In this document: positions 28,941 through 38,665 of the stretch, piece after piece
Position numbering within the stretch: position 1 is the stretch's first letter
Layout of the letters: the number at the start of each line of letters is the position of its first letter
DNA from: a virus
IMG/VR virus record: IMGVR_UViG_3300032287_003765
Coordinates: 4,924 to 68,923 of that record
Reading direction: 5' to 3' (one strand)
Length of the DNA stretch: 64,000 nucleotides
Translations under genes and position numbers: made by a program
Notes under the pieces: generated by a model
Seen by the model: only the letters and a program-made list of their open reading frames with translations
Databases searched by the model: none
What the model was told of the DNA's origin: nothing

Positions 28941-29215
28941 GATTTACAGCCGCCTGTGTAATTACTTTGCTGATAAGTGGCTGTGCTTCGCAACCTATCA
29001 AGCCCGGTTACGACATCTCGGATTTTGATAACCTAAAACCTGATTGCGGTCAAGCACAGGCTCAGGTTGCCTATTTGAAATCACGCATAGACGAATTCCA
29101 TGCCTATTTTGGTGCCAATCCTGGCCAACTCACCCAACCTTATCGTCAATATTACACTCGTTTAAAAAATAACCTATGGAGTCTAAGAGCATCATGCTCC
29201 GCACTACAGCGTTGA
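28937..29215 (+). CDS. putative lipoprotein
   Basis: Lipobox LISGC after a hydrophobic leader. Confidence 0.65.
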   Translation: MRFTAACVITLLISGCASQPIKPGYDISDFDNLKPDCGQAQAQVAYLKSRIDEFHAYFGANPGQLTQPYRQYYTRLKNNLWSLRASCSALQR

Positions 29216-29757
29216 TCTTGGGGTTGGCCGTGACCAACTCTGTCATGGCCCAGTGTTATGTGCGCCAGGCCATGACCACACAACAACAGGCCAGCATTGC
29301 CAGGATCACTGATGTGCAGACCTTGTCAGTGCCTGTGTCAAACACACATCACAAATGTATAGTCACATTCAGGGCCTTGATCGACAACGAGTGGATTTCG
29401 GGCGAAGGTGAAAAAACTGCACCCAGAACAGTGACCGAAACCGAGCTGTGTCGCCAGGCCATGGATTCTGGCAGGGTACAGATCCTGAGCCGTTTTCAGG
29501 CCAAAAATCTCACTGTAGAAACCAACATGGTCTGCGATGAGCGTCCAGAAATACAGGTCCGTAATGTCAGGATTGGCGACACTGTGCGTGAAAGCGAAGT
29601 CCGAGTCCATCCAAACTTTCCCAAGACCTTTAGATATCTTGGTGCCCAGTGCCGTTGGTTCATTGAGCCCACATATCGCAAACAGGATCTTGGGCAGTAT
29701 CAAGGCATCATATGCTTGTCGCATGGTTCACAATGGCGTGTAGTTGACAAATGGTAA
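29194..29757 (+). CDS. putative exported Cys-containing protein
   Basis: Signal peptide MLRTTALILGLAVTNSVMA; 6 Cys. Confidence 0.65.
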   Translation: MLRTTALILGLAVTNSVMAQCYVRQAMTTQQQASIARITDVQTLSVPVSNTHHKCIVTFRALIDNEWISGEGEKTAPRTVTETELCRQAMDSGRVQILSRFQAKNLTVETNMVCDERPEIQVRNVRIGDTVRESEVRVHPNFPKTFRYLGAQCRWFIEPTYRKQDLGQYQGIICLSHGSQWRVVDKW

Positions 29758-29772
29758 TATTTGTGCTATACT
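29744..29772 (+). promoter_or_regulatory. sigma70-type promoter TTGACA-N17-TATACT
   Basis: Direct. Confidence 0.75.
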
Positions 29773-29804
29773 TTAACAATCGCAACTCTAAGAAGAGGTA
29801 GAAA

Positions 29805-30527
29805 ATGAAAAAATTAGCAATCGTAACCGGTATCACTTTGGCTCTGAGTGCCTGTAGCTCAGCACCAAACTACAGTCGACAATTCAGCTCTGACAATGGA
29901 CTCCAATCTGCACAGATGGCGTCAGCTGTTAGAGAAGCACCGCCTTGGATGAGCAAGTTGCCCAAGGCCGCTGGGTATGTGTTTGAAAATGGCACGGCCA
30001 CCAGCGGAGACTTTGCCTTTGCTGACATCAAGGCCAAGAGCATGGCCTATGCCAAGATTTGCACAGCCGCCGGGGGCAAAGTGCGTAGCCAGGTCAAAAT
30101 GTTTAGAAGTGACAGCGGAGACTCCAGCACTGACCAAAGCGAAATGGCCTTGCGTAGCATGTGCCCTGATGTGGACATCACTGGTGTAGAAACCGTGGAA
30201 ATGAAACATGTGTCTGAAGGCAATCGTATCCGTACCTATGTATTGGTAGCCCTGCCCATCGGCGACAAGAATGTCATGAAGTCGGCCAAGGATGCCGCGG
30301 CGCGAGCGCCCGAAGCATTTAAAGAATTAGACAACGTGACCAAAGAACAAAACCGGGCACCAGCCACAGACAAAAAGTCTGAAACAATCAGTGTGATCCA
30401 GCCCGACGGCACAGAAAGCACTATTGGTCTTGTACAGGTCAACAATGAAGAATACAAGGCACGCCGAGCCGAGGCCTTGAAAAAACCCGGTGCTGTGATT
30501 GGACAATACACTCTACAAGCCAACTAA
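29805..30527 (+). CDS. lipoprotein (LPP20-like)
   Basis: Lipobox LSAC; PPWM..P...G.A pattern. Confidence 0.65.
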   Translation: MKKLAIVTGITLALSACSSAPNYSRQFSSDNGLQSAQMASAVREAPPWMSKLPKAAGYVFENGTATSGDFAFADIKAKSMAYAKICTAAGGKVRSQVKMFRSDSGDSSTDQSEMALRSMCPDVDITGVETVEMKHVSEGNRIRTYVLVALPIGDKNVMKSAKDAAARAPEAFKELDNVTKEQNRAPATDKKSETISVIQPDGTESTIGLVQVNNEEYKARRAEALKKPGAVIGQYTLQAN

Positions 30528-30564
30528 TCTATCAACATTTGTATCGACTGGGAGCTAGTAAATA

Positions 30565-31929
30565 ATGATAGACATGCAAGATGTCAAGTTTGAAGGACTA
30601 AAGTTGGCCGCAGACTGGATACGAGATCTCGAAAGCAGTGACAGCAGGATACACAAAGAAAAAGTAATTGAAAAAGCACTCATGGCCGCCAAGCTGGGCA
30701 GTGCCAATGCTCAATGTTTCTTGTTTAACTGCTATGAAGCCTACAACCCCTTCCATGTGTTTGGTGTGCGTCAAGTGCCAGAGACCGAGGGGCTGACAGG
30801 CAGGCCTAACCCTTGGCCGGCTTTTTGGGGTCTGTTGGAAAGTCTGAGAACCCGAAGTGTCACAGGACATGATGCCCGTGACGCAATCATATCCATAAGC
30901 GAACAGTTTGACTCAGAAGAATGGAATGGTTTATGCCGCAGAGTCATCATCAAAGATCTTCGTTGTGGCATTTCAGAAAAGACACTCAACAAGATCCTGG
31001 GCAAGACTGAATGGAAAATTCCAGTATTCACTTGCCAGTTGGCCACAGACAGCAATGATCACGCCAACAAAATGAAGGGCATCAAGCGTATTGAGTGCAA
31101 GCTGGATGGTGTGCGTGTGCTGGCCCTGTGCACCAAGAACCGCGTGACCTTGTACAGTCGCAACGGCAAGATATTTGAAAACTTTCCTGATATACAAGAA
31201 CAACTGAACCGAATCAAGCATCGCATCAGTTTAGAAACCAAAGGACCGTTTGTGCTGGATGGCGAGATCGTGGGCGAGAGTTTCCAGGCCTTGATGAAAC
31301 AGGCGCAACGCAAGAGTGATGTGAAAACCAAAGACATGACTTACTATGTGTTTGATGTGATTCCTCTGGCAGACTTTGAGCGTGGATTTTGGAATGCTCA
31401 ACAGCACAAACGTACCTTGATGCTGGACATCAATAAACAAGAGATCGAGGCCGAACCAAATCTCCGAATCATGCCTGGTATGGATGTGGATTTGGACACC
31501 GCCGAAGGACAAGATGTCATGCGCCGTTTTGCCAATGATGCTGTGGTAGAAGGTTACGAAGGCATCATGATCAAGAGTGTGGATGCACCCTACGAGTGCA
31601 AACGAAGCAGTTTCTGGATGAAATGGAAACCTGTGATGACCGTGGACTTAAATATTGTAGGGTTTGAGGAAGGCACAGGTCGCAACTTGGGACGGTTGGG
31701 TGCTATAATATGCGAAGGAACTGATAATGATCGTAATATTCGTGTTAATGTGGGCAGTGGCCTTTCCGATGCTGATCGTGATGAATATTGGCATTCCCGA
31801 AATGACCTACTTGGCCGAGTGGTTGAGGTTGCGGCAGACGCTGTCACTCAAAATCAAGATGGAAGCTATAGTTTGAGATTCCCCCGCTTTGTGCGATTCC
31901 GTGGATTTGAACAAGGAGAGAAACTGTGA
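30565..31929 (+). CDS. ATP-dependent DNA ligase
   Basis: CKLDGVR, SRNGK, LDGEI, FDVI, YEGIMIK, WMKWK, SLRFPRF. Confidence 0.95.
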   Translation: MIDMQDVKFEGLKLAADWIRDLESSDSRIHKEKVIEKALMAAKLGSANAQCFLFNCYEAYNPFHVFGVRQVPETEGLTGRPNPWPAFWGLLESLRTRSVTGHDARDAIISISEQFDSEEWNGLCRRVIIKDLRCGISEKTLNKILGKTEWKIPVFTCQLATDSNDHANKMKGIKRIECKLDGVRVLALCTKNRVTLYSRNGKIFENFPDIQEQLNRIKHRISLETKGPFVLDGEIVGESFQALMKQAQRKSDVKTKDMTYYVFDVIPLADFERGFWNAQQHKRTLMLDINKQEIEAEPNLRIMPGMDVDLDTAEGQDVMRRFANDAVVEGYEGIMIKSVDAPYECKRSSFWMKWKPVMTVDLNIVGFEEGTGRNLGRLGAIICEGTDNDRNIRVNVGSGLSDADRDEYWHSRNDLLGRVVEVAADAVTQNQDGSYSLRFPRFVRFRGFEQGEKL

Positions 31930-32075
31930 TGTTTGATCAATATGTCAAAATGTTTGATTTGGTGCCTTGGATAGATGCCTGGTTGATCGAAGCGGTGGGC
32001 ATCATCTTTGGGGCCTTGTTGGTCGGTTACGTAGTGATAAAAGCAGTGACAAGATTCAACGGAGATGAACAATGA
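31929..32075 (+). CDS. 48-aa single-TM membrane protein (not in ORF track)
   Basis: TGATG coupling; hydrophobic AVGIIFGALLVGYVVI. Confidence 0.55.
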   Translation: MFDQYVKMFDLVPWIDAWLIEAVGIIFGALLVGYVVIKAVTRFNGDEQ

Positions 32076-32155
32076 TACACCCTAGAGAATGGATCTATTA
32101 TATCAAATGGCGCATTGAAAAAGCTCTAAAACGCATCCGTCAGTTCATGGCATGA
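32072..32155 (+). CDS. 27-aa basic peptide
   Basis: ATGA overlaps at both ends; MIHPREWIYYIKWRIEKALKRIRQFMA. Confidence 0.4.
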   Translation: MIHPREWIYYIKWRIEKALKRIRQFMA

Positions 32156-32424
32156 AAACACAACATGACTATTGGCAAGAGGCCCATGATCGGACCATAG
32201 AGGAAATGAAATCGGATCCACTCTACGGCGCCATTCCTCCTAGCACACTGCCCATGAACAATATAACCTGCTTGGCCGGCGGAGCCGAAATGTTGCGAGT
32301 CAGCCCAGAAGGATTCTGGGTGCGTGGTGAAAAAGTCGCCCAGGATGACCGCGAAGCAGAAACAGTGTATAATGCTTTCAAGGCCTGGATGAGCTGGGCA
32401 CAGTTAAACAAAGATTACCAGTAA
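32152..32424 (+). CDS. hypothetical protein (90 aa)
   Basis: Coupled ORF. Confidence 0.7.
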   Translation: MKTQHDYWQEAHDRTIEEMKSDPLYGAIPPSTLPMNNITCLAGGAEMLRVSPEGFWVRGEKVAQDDREAETVYNAFKAWMSWAQLNKDYQ

Positions 32425-32433
32425 GGAAAGATC

Positions 32434-33627
32434 ATGGCAACCAAAGAAGAAAAGCAACAACTCATAGACACACTGAAGTTCACTCCCAGGACCTACAAGA
32501 TTTCGATGTGGGGCTATGGTGGCGAAAAGGTCATGGGCACAGTGGATCCTAAAGTCTGGGACTACTGCATGGAAAATCAAGTGGACTTGGTAGACATTGC
32601 CTGGAACTGGGATGCCTGTGAAGAAATGGACCTGGACGAAGACATGTTGCCGTTCACTCCCGGGTCATGGTATGAATGCGACGGCATGGCACACGTCAAC
32701 GGTGTGAGCCGCAACGCCGGACACATACAGATCGAAGATGAAAATGGCGACAGCGTGTTTGAGAAAGAGTTAGATGACTGTGATGGCGGCGAAGGCAGTC
32801 CGGCCTGGAGCTGTCAAGATGAAGTCTGGATCGGCTCACGCAAAAAAGGCGAAGTGGTGTTCATCGGTAGCAGCAACGAAAAAGGTACCTTCTTTGAAGG
32901 CGAGATCGAACTGCGAGCACCGTTTGACATTGAAAAACTAGAACTATACTACGACGAAGTAGACGGAGAAGAGCTGGTCAACTGTGTGTATTACGACGGT
33001 GAAGAGATCGACAACAACGGTGGCAGCACCGACGGTAAGAGTTCGGACATGATCATGGTGCGTCTCACCGACGATGACGGCAATTTTGAACGCTACGAAC
33101 CCGAAGAAAAAGACTGGGGCCATCCTGAATATGGTACCAGCCCCGGCGACTGGGAAAAAAGTTCTAATTTCAAATTCAAAAAACAAAAACCCACAATCCC
33201 AGGGTACTATAGTTGCAACTATGGTCATGGTAGTACCTATGGTAGCCTGTATTGGGATGGCAAGAACTTTGGTGAATGGGAATACGGCAAGTTCCATGCC
33301 AAGGACGATGATGGCATAGTGTCATGGCAGGGTTACAACTGGGACACAAGCTCATGGGTCAATCAACCTCCCGAGCCACCCAGCCTGATCTGCGACAATA
33401 AAAAATGTGGCTGGGTAGGATCAAGTGATGACCGCCGTGAAGATGAAGAATACAACAGCCATTGTCCTGCTTGTGATGGCACAGAGTTTTCGTGGATCGA
33501 TTATGATCCTGACACCAAAGAAGGTCGTGCCAACCGTGCTAAGTATTGTCGTGAATGGGATCCGGAGGTGTCGATGAACAGGATCGTCAAAGCATTTCCT
33601 ATAACTGAAGAGGAAAAAACACAATGA
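32434..33627 (+). CDS. acidic hypothetical protein with C-terminal Zn-ribbon
   Basis: CDNKKC...CPAC; SD AAGGA. Confidence 0.7.
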   Translation: MATKEEKQQLIDTLKFTPRTYKISMWGYGGEKVMGTVDPKVWDYCMENQVDLVDIAWNWDACEEMDLDEDMLPFTPGSWYECDGMAHVNGVSRNAGHIQIEDENGDSVFEKELDDCDGGEGSPAWSCQDEVWIGSRKKGEVVFIGSSNEKGTFFEGEIELRAPFDIEKLELYYDEVDGEELVNCVYYDGEEIDNNGGSTDGKSSDMIMVRLTDDDGNFERYEPEEKDWGHPEYGTSPGDWEKSSNFKFKKQKPTIPGYYSCNYGHGSTYGSLYWDGKNFGEWEYGKFHAKDDDGIVSWQGYNWDTSSWVNQPPEPPSLICDNKKCGWVGSSDDRREDEEYNSHCPACDGTEFSWIDYDPDTKEGRANRAKYCREWDPEVSMNRIVKAFPITEEEKTQ

Positions 33628-33872
33628 TGGCCACACCCGAAACAGCAGGACAGTGTGGGTGTGGGCGTAGCCCTACAGGCAAATGCTGTGGGTGGCATGC
33701 GCTGACCGAAGAAGCCTACCAGCAACGCTTGGCCGAATACCGTGACAGTGAACAGCAAAAGCAACGGCAAGATGAGTTAGAAAGTTACCGCGATCAGGCC
33801 ATGAGCCTGTGGTTTGACAACGGCGGTTCGTGTACCGGAGCCAAGGGCCCAGGCACACCTAACATCAACTAA
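33624..33872 (+). CDS. CDGSH-type Fe-S/Zn-binding small protein
   Basis: CGCGRSPTGKCCGWH resembles CxCxxS...CDGSH. Confidence 0.6.
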   Translation: MMATPETAGQCGCGRSPTGKCCGWHALTEEAYQQRLAEYRDSEQQKQRQDELESYRDQAMSLWFDNGGSCTGAKGPGTPNIN

Positions 33873-33883
33873 AGGATACCACA

Positions 33884-33964
33884 ATGACATTTACAGAAAT
33901 TTTACACGAAATACATGTGTGGTCGATCATGTTTGTGGAAATGATTCGTTATTATATTTCATAA
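33884..33964 (+). CDS. 26-aa hydrophobic peptide
   Basis: SD AAAGGA; fills the intergenic gap. Confidence 0.35.
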   Translation: MTFTEILHEIHVWSIMFVEMIRYYIS

Positions 33965-33974
33965 AGGAGAACGC

Positions 33975-34643
33975 ATGAATACCTATGCAAGTGTGAGTGA
34001 TATCAACAACCGAATGATCTCGGTCTACAACAACATGTTCTTGGCCGTGGTCAACAGCATGTTGGTCAGTCTATTAGTGGCTTCAAGTCCCGGCCTCATG
34101 GCATTCCTGTTCACTGGTATCATGAAGTGGGTGGTGATTTTTGCACCACTTGTGATGATTTTTGCCATGACCTGGATCATGGAAAAGGCCACCTACGGTG
34201 AAGCCCGAGGCATGTTGCATGTGTTTGCGGCCTTGATGGGTCTCAGCATGAGCACCATATTCATTACGTTTACTACCACCAGTATAGTCACTGCTTTCAT
34301 GGGCGCAGCCATCTTGTTTGGCACCATGAGCTTGTGGGGGTACTTTACCAAGCGGAGTCTGGAAGGATGGGGCAGTTTCTTGATGGTGGGTGTGATTGCA
34401 GTGGTGATTGCCAGTGTTGTCAATGTGTTCCTGGGCAATTCAACTTTGGCCATGGTTGTGAGTGCAGTGGCCATTATAGTGTTCTTGGGTCTCACTGCCT
34501 ATGACACACAACGCATCCGTACTGAAGTTTCAATACTTGAACCCGACAGCAAGGCCGAAATCCTAGGCGCACTAAGTCTGTACATGAACTTTATCAACAT
34601 TTTTGTAAGTCTGTTACAACTGTTTGGCAATCGTGATGATTAA
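33975..34643 (+). CDS. Bax inhibitor-1/YccA family membrane protein
   Basis: About 7 TM helices; GLTAYDTQRI; ALSLYMNFINIF. Confidence 0.9.
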   Translation: MNTYASVSDINNRMISVYNNMFLAVVNSMLVSLLVASSPGLMAFLFTGIMKWVVIFAPLVMIFAMTWIMEKATYGEARGMLHVFAALMGLSMSTIFITFTTTSIVTAFMGAAILFGTMSLWGYFTKRSLEGWGSFLMVGVIAVVIASVVNVFLGNSTLAMVVSAVAIIVFLGLTAYDTQRIRTEVSILEPDSKAEILGALSLYMNFINIFVSLLQLFGNRDD

Positions 34644-34758
34644 AAGGTTCCGCATATGGTTGGCTAGGAAAATATTAGGCAACCATTGCTCTTGCTATAA
34701 AATGGGATATCATGTATTATGTGATTATACCAAACATCAAATAGGCAAGAAATCGTGA
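34636..34758 (+). CDS. 40-aa basic Cys/His peptide
   Basis: Overlaps both neighbours; HCSC...H..C. Confidence 0.4.
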   Translation: MIKRFRIWLARKILGNHCSCYKMGYHVLCDYTKHQIGKKS

Positions 34759-34985
34759 ATCCCATCAACCTACTGACCACGGCCATTGATAGCCTATGGT
34801 GGTGGACCTATGGTATCATTGCCGGTTGGGGGCTGACTTTCACTCTGGTTGTAGCGGCTTTGATCATCTTGTTGATCAGGACCATCAATCTACAACGCAG
34901 AGTGGATAGATTAGAAAATCGTATTATAACCAATGAACGCGAGTTCAACTTATTCTCCAAAACATGGCCAGGCAAGAAGCAGTAG
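34755..34985 (+). CDS. small membrane protein (76 aa)
   Basis: One TM followed by a coiled-coil. Confidence 0.65.
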   Translation: MNPINLLTTAIDSLWWWTYGIIAGWGLTFTLVVAALIILLIRTINLQRRVDRLENRIITNEREFNLFSKTWPGKKQ

Positions 34986-35536
34986 ACGGCCATCAATGCT
35001 CGGTCTGCGGTTGCGATTACACCGATGACGAAGGTGGCATCCAAGGTTATTTTGGTATACTGCCAGTGAGTTTTTGTCCGACCTGTTTCTCCTGCATGTG
35101 TGACATGGCCGCCCAATATCTGGACATAGGCGATGACGGCGAGTCAAATCCTGCACACAACGAGCTCATGCAACATCTCAGAGGATTCCGAGACATAGTG
35201 ATCAACAATCAACATGGTGGATTTGGACTCAGTCAAGATGCACAAATAGCTTGGTTAGAACGCACTGGCACAAAATACACCACCCAGCCCAGGGATGACC
35301 GTCACAGCAACGATCGCTGGGGACCGCATATCTTGGTCAACAATACACATTGGTCGGACCGAGATATTCCTAGAGATGATCCTGTGCTGATCGGTCTGGT
35401 CCAGGAATTGGGCAAAGCTTCATGGGGTGATCATGCCCGACTAAAAATTGTTCGCATACCTGCAGATGTAGACTGGTGTATCGAAGAATATGACGGCCAC
35501 GAGTGGGTGTCCGAAGCTCACAGGACCTGGAAATAA
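34964..35536 (+). CDS. hypothetical protein with N-terminal Zn finger
   Basis: CSVC...CPTC; C-terminal GGFGLS...RDDP.L...EEYDG.EWV. Confidence 0.7.
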   Translation: MARQEAVDGHQCSVCGCDYTDDEGGIQGYFGILPVSFCPTCFSCMCDMAAQYLDIGDDGESNPAHNELMQHLRGFRDIVINNQHGGFGLSQDAQIAWLERTGTKYTTQPRDDRHSNDRWGPHILVNNTHWSDRDIPRDDPVLIGLVQELGKASWGDHARLKIVRIPADVDWCIEEYDGHEWVSEAHRTWK

Positions 35537-35552
35537 CGGTAAATATTAGATT

Positions 35553-37145
35553 ATGTGGTTTGGCATACTGACTCTTGCAACCGCACTGATCATATCGATC
35601 AGTGCTGCTTATTATAGCATACTTGGTCTCACAGCCATATTTGCCGCGGCCTTCTGGCCCATAGTCATACTTGGATCAAGTCTAGAAGTGGGCAAGATTG
35701 TTTCCACCCTGTGGTTACACAAGTATTGGCACCGGGCAGAAATACAATACAAGATATATCTCAGTGCGGCTGTGGCCATACTCATGGTCTTGACCAGCAT
35801 GGGCGTGTTTGGTTTCCTGAGCAAGGCACATTTGGATCAGGCCGTGCCGTCGGGTGACATACAGGCCCAGGTGCAGATCTATGATGACAAGATTAAAACA
35901 CAGCGTGACAACATAGAAGCCGCCAGAAAGGCCCTGCGCCAAATGGACGAAGCCGTGGATCAGACCATGAGCCGTAGCAATGACGAAAAAGGTGCTGACA
36001 AGGCAGCCAATCTGCGCCGCAGTCAGGCCCGTGAGCGTGCCACGCTACAGAATGACATTTCACGAGCACAGAGTGAAATTACCAAACTACAAGAACAACG
36101 AGCACCCGTTGCCAGCCAGGCTCGACAGGTTGAAGCCGAAGTTGGGCCCATCAAATACATAGCGGCCTTGATATACGGTGACAATCCTGATGCCAATCTC
36201 CTGGAAAAAGCAGTTCGTTGGGTGATCATACTCATAGTCATAGTGTTTGATCCCTTGGCTCTGACTCTGTTGCTGGCCGCCACCAAGACCTTTGAATGGG
36301 AACGTGAAAATCAACGTCGAGACTCAGATGAAGAGTTAGATCCAGAAGTGCGATCTTGGTTTGATCGAGCTCGTGAGCGTGCTAAATTCTGGGACCAACA
36401 ACGAGGTCAACCAGAACCGTGGCCATTTCCTAAAGAATTTGAAGGCATACGATCGGGCCAGGGCGAATGGACGCAGACCGGACCAGAAATTGATGTGCCC
36501 GACGAACCAACGCCATTCAAATCTCAAACCACTGTAAAACAGAATGTGCTGGCTGGCCTAGACAGCATGTGGACACGAGCCAAAAAAATCGTCAAACGAG
36601 ATACCGAAGCCGAACATGCACCACTGGCACAGCCCGAACAAACTGACATTTCAGAACCAGATCTCCCTGACGACGATCACCTGATAGACGAAATGGAAAA
36701 GCAGGCCAGACGTGCCTGGAAAGAAGTTTACCCCGAAGACACGATTAAACGACAAAGAAGATTGTATGAAACAGGTATAATCAAAGAACTTCCTTGGATG
36801 CAGGCGCAATATTATCCTGTGGGACAGACTCAATTGGGTCTAGTAGCCGATAATACACCTAACACGATCACCGGAGAGGTCAAAGGATTTGGAACCGCAT
36901 TTCCAACAGCACCCACCAAGGGCAATATGTTTTTGAGAGTTGATCAGTTGCCCAGTGTGCTTTATAAATTCAATGGCAATCAATGGATAGAAGTTGATAA
37001 ATCTCTCAGCGATCAACATGCATACAATGATTCTTATATTGATCATCTAATCGAAAAAATCAGTTCAGGCGAATATGATCCTGAACTTCTCAGCGATGCC
37101 GAAAGAGACAGCATAGAAAAACGATTAAACAATCAGCAGGTTTAA
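35553..37145 (+). CDS. multi-TM coiled-coil late membrane protein
   Basis: 3 N-terminal TMs, coiled-coil, a further TM, acidic tail; TAAATA 7 nt before the ATG. Confidence 0.75.
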   Translation: MWFGILTLATALIISISAAYYSILGLTAIFAAAFWPIVILGSSLEVGKIVSTLWLHKYWHRAEIQYKIYLSAAVAILMVLTSMGVFGFLSKAHLDQAVPSGDIQAQVQIYDDKIKTQRDNIEAARKALRQMDEAVDQTMSRSNDEKGADKAANLRRSQARERATLQNDISRAQSEITKLQEQRAPVASQARQVEAEVGPIKYIAALIYGDNPDANLLEKAVRWVIILIVIVFDPLALTLLLAATKTFEWERENQRRDSDEELDPEVRSWFDRARERAKFWDQQRGQPEPWPFPKEFEGIRSGQGEWTQTGPEIDVPDEPTPFKSQTTVKQNVLAGLDSMWTRAKKIVKRDTEAEHAPLAQPEQTDISEPDLPDDDHLIDEMEKQARRAWKEVYPEDTIKRQRRLYETGIIKELPWMQAQYYPVGQTQLGLVADNTPNTITGEVKGFGTAFPTAPTKGNMFLRVDQLPSVLYKFNGNQWIEVDKSLSDQHAYNDSYIDHLIEKISSGEYDPELLSDAERDSIEKRLNNQQV

Positions 37146-37146
37146 T

Positions 37147-38346
37147 GTGAGTCCAAGCATAGAACACTGTAGTTTTTGTGACAAGCACAAAGATCGCGTG
37201 GGCAAACTAATTGTAAGCCATAAGGTTGCAATTTGCAATGAGTGTGTGGATTTATGCAGCGGTTTGTTGAAAGAACGTGATAAAAAAATTGATACACAAT
37301 CAACAAACATTGCCATACCCGATCCCAAATATATCAAAGACTATCTAGATCAACACGTGGTTGGACAAGAACAGGCCAAAGTGGTGTTGGGAGTGGCCAT
37401 TGCCAATCATTACAAACGCATCACACAGACCAACCAACACATAACCAAAGCCAACATTCTCATGGTTGGCCCCACCGGCACAGGTAAAACCTTGATGGCT
37501 CGTACAGTGGCCCAATATCTTGATGTGCCTTTTGTGATTGCCGACGCCACATGTTTGACCGAAGCCGGCTACGTGGGCGATGATGTAGAAAGCATGATTG
37601 CTAGATTATACACAGCTGCCGAAGGTGATATCGAACGTTGCCAGCGTGGCATAGTATTCCTGGATGAAATAGACAAGATAGCCCGAAAAAGCGAAAGTGC
37701 CACAGTCAGTCGCGACGTCAGCGGTGAAGGCGTGCAACAGGCCCTGCTCAAATTGGTAGAAGGCACACGTTGCAAAATACCTGCCACAGGAACCAAAAAG
37801 AACAATTCAACAGAAACCGTGGAAATTGACACATCAAACATCTTGTTTATCGCAGGTGGAGCATTTGTGGGCATGGAACGCATCATACAAAATCGTGTGC
37901 AGGGCACAGCCATGGGATTTGGAGCACAGATCTCATCTGCAGATGCCACGGCCAGCCAACCAGTTACCCCCGATGATCTGGTCAAGTATGGTATGATACC
38001 CGAATTTGTAGGCCGATTCAGCAGTTATGTCAATCTGCATGCCTTGACCAAAGACCAGTTGATCAGTGTGTTGACCGAAATCAAAGGAAATTTTGTGTCA
38101 CAATACAAATGGCTGTTTGACCAAGACAGTGTGGCCTTGGAATTTGAACCCGAGAGCCTGGATTTGATCGTAGAACGCACACTGAAAACTCACACCGGCG
38201 CTCGTGGATTGCACACCGAACTAGAACGGGTCCTGCTTCCACACATGTTTGATTTGCCTAGGTATCATAAACACAGCATATTACAGGTCACGATCAATAA
38301 AACCCAGGTAAATACACCCATGACACTCATAGAGGAAAATTCGTGA
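37147..38346 (+). CDS. clpX: ATP-dependent Clp protease ATPase ClpX
   Basis: CSFC...CNEC Zn finger, GPTGTGKT, GYVG, LDEIDK, RDVSGEGVQ, MGF loop, GARGL. Confidence 0.95.
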   Translation: MSPSIEHCSFCDKHKDRVGKLIVSHKVAICNECVDLCSGLLKERDKKIDTQSTNIAIPDPKYIKDYLDQHVVGQEQAKVVLGVAIANHYKRITQTNQHITKANILMVGPTGTGKTLMARTVAQYLDVPFVIADATCLTEAGYVGDDVESMIARLYTAAEGDIERCQRGIVFLDEIDKIARKSESATVSRDVSGEGVQQALLKLVEGTRCKIPATGTKKNNSTETVEIDTSNILFIAGGAFVGMERIIQNRVQGTAMGFGAQISSADATASQPVTPDDLVKYGMIPEFVGRFSSYVNLHALTKDQLISVLTEIKGNFVSQYKWLFDQDSVALEFEPESLDLIVERTLKTHTGARGLHTELERVLLPHMFDLPRYHKHSILQVTINKTQVNTPMTLIEENS

Positions 38347-38564
38347 AGGAGTATCGCAGAAGTGTGGTCGTCCGAGATGACAACATTGAGCGTGCTCTGC
38401 GCAAGTTCAAGAAAAAAATACAAGAACAGGGCCTGCTAGAAGAACTGCGCTCGCGAGAAACCTACGAAAAACCCACCACTGAACGCAAACGCAAAAAAGG
38501 CGCGGCCCGTGCTAGGTGGCGCAAAAAACTACGTGATCAGCAACTGCCCAAGAAATTGTTCTAA
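38343..38564 (+). CDS. rpsU: ribosomal protein bS21
   Basis: NIERALRKFKK...YEKPTTERKRKK; C-terminal QLPKKLF; GTG start; TAAATA at 38309. Confidence 0.92.
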   Translation: MKEYRRSVVVRDDNIERALRKFKKKIQEQGLLEELRSRETYEKPTTERKRKKGAARARWRKKLRDQQLPKKLF

Positions 38565-38568
38565 TTTC

Positions 38569-38599
38569 TTGACAACTTCCAAAAAATCTGTTATAAATA
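38569..38599 (+). promoter_or_regulatory. overlapping sigma70-type (TTGACA-N17-TATAAA) and late (TATAAATA) promoter
   Basis: Direct. Confidence 0.7.
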
Positions 38600-38604
38600 A
38601 AATT

Positions 38605-38665
38605 GTAGATGCCGCGGGTGCGGGTCTACTTAACAGTCATACTTGCTTAATTAAAGGAGAAAAAC
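38605..38665 (+). promoter_or_regulatory. ROSE-like RNA thermometer in the hsp20 5' UTR
   Basis: 5' hairpin at 38605-38629; CTT(G)CTT at 38642-38648 pairs with the SD AAGGAG with a bulged G (UUGCU motif). Confidence 0.65.
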
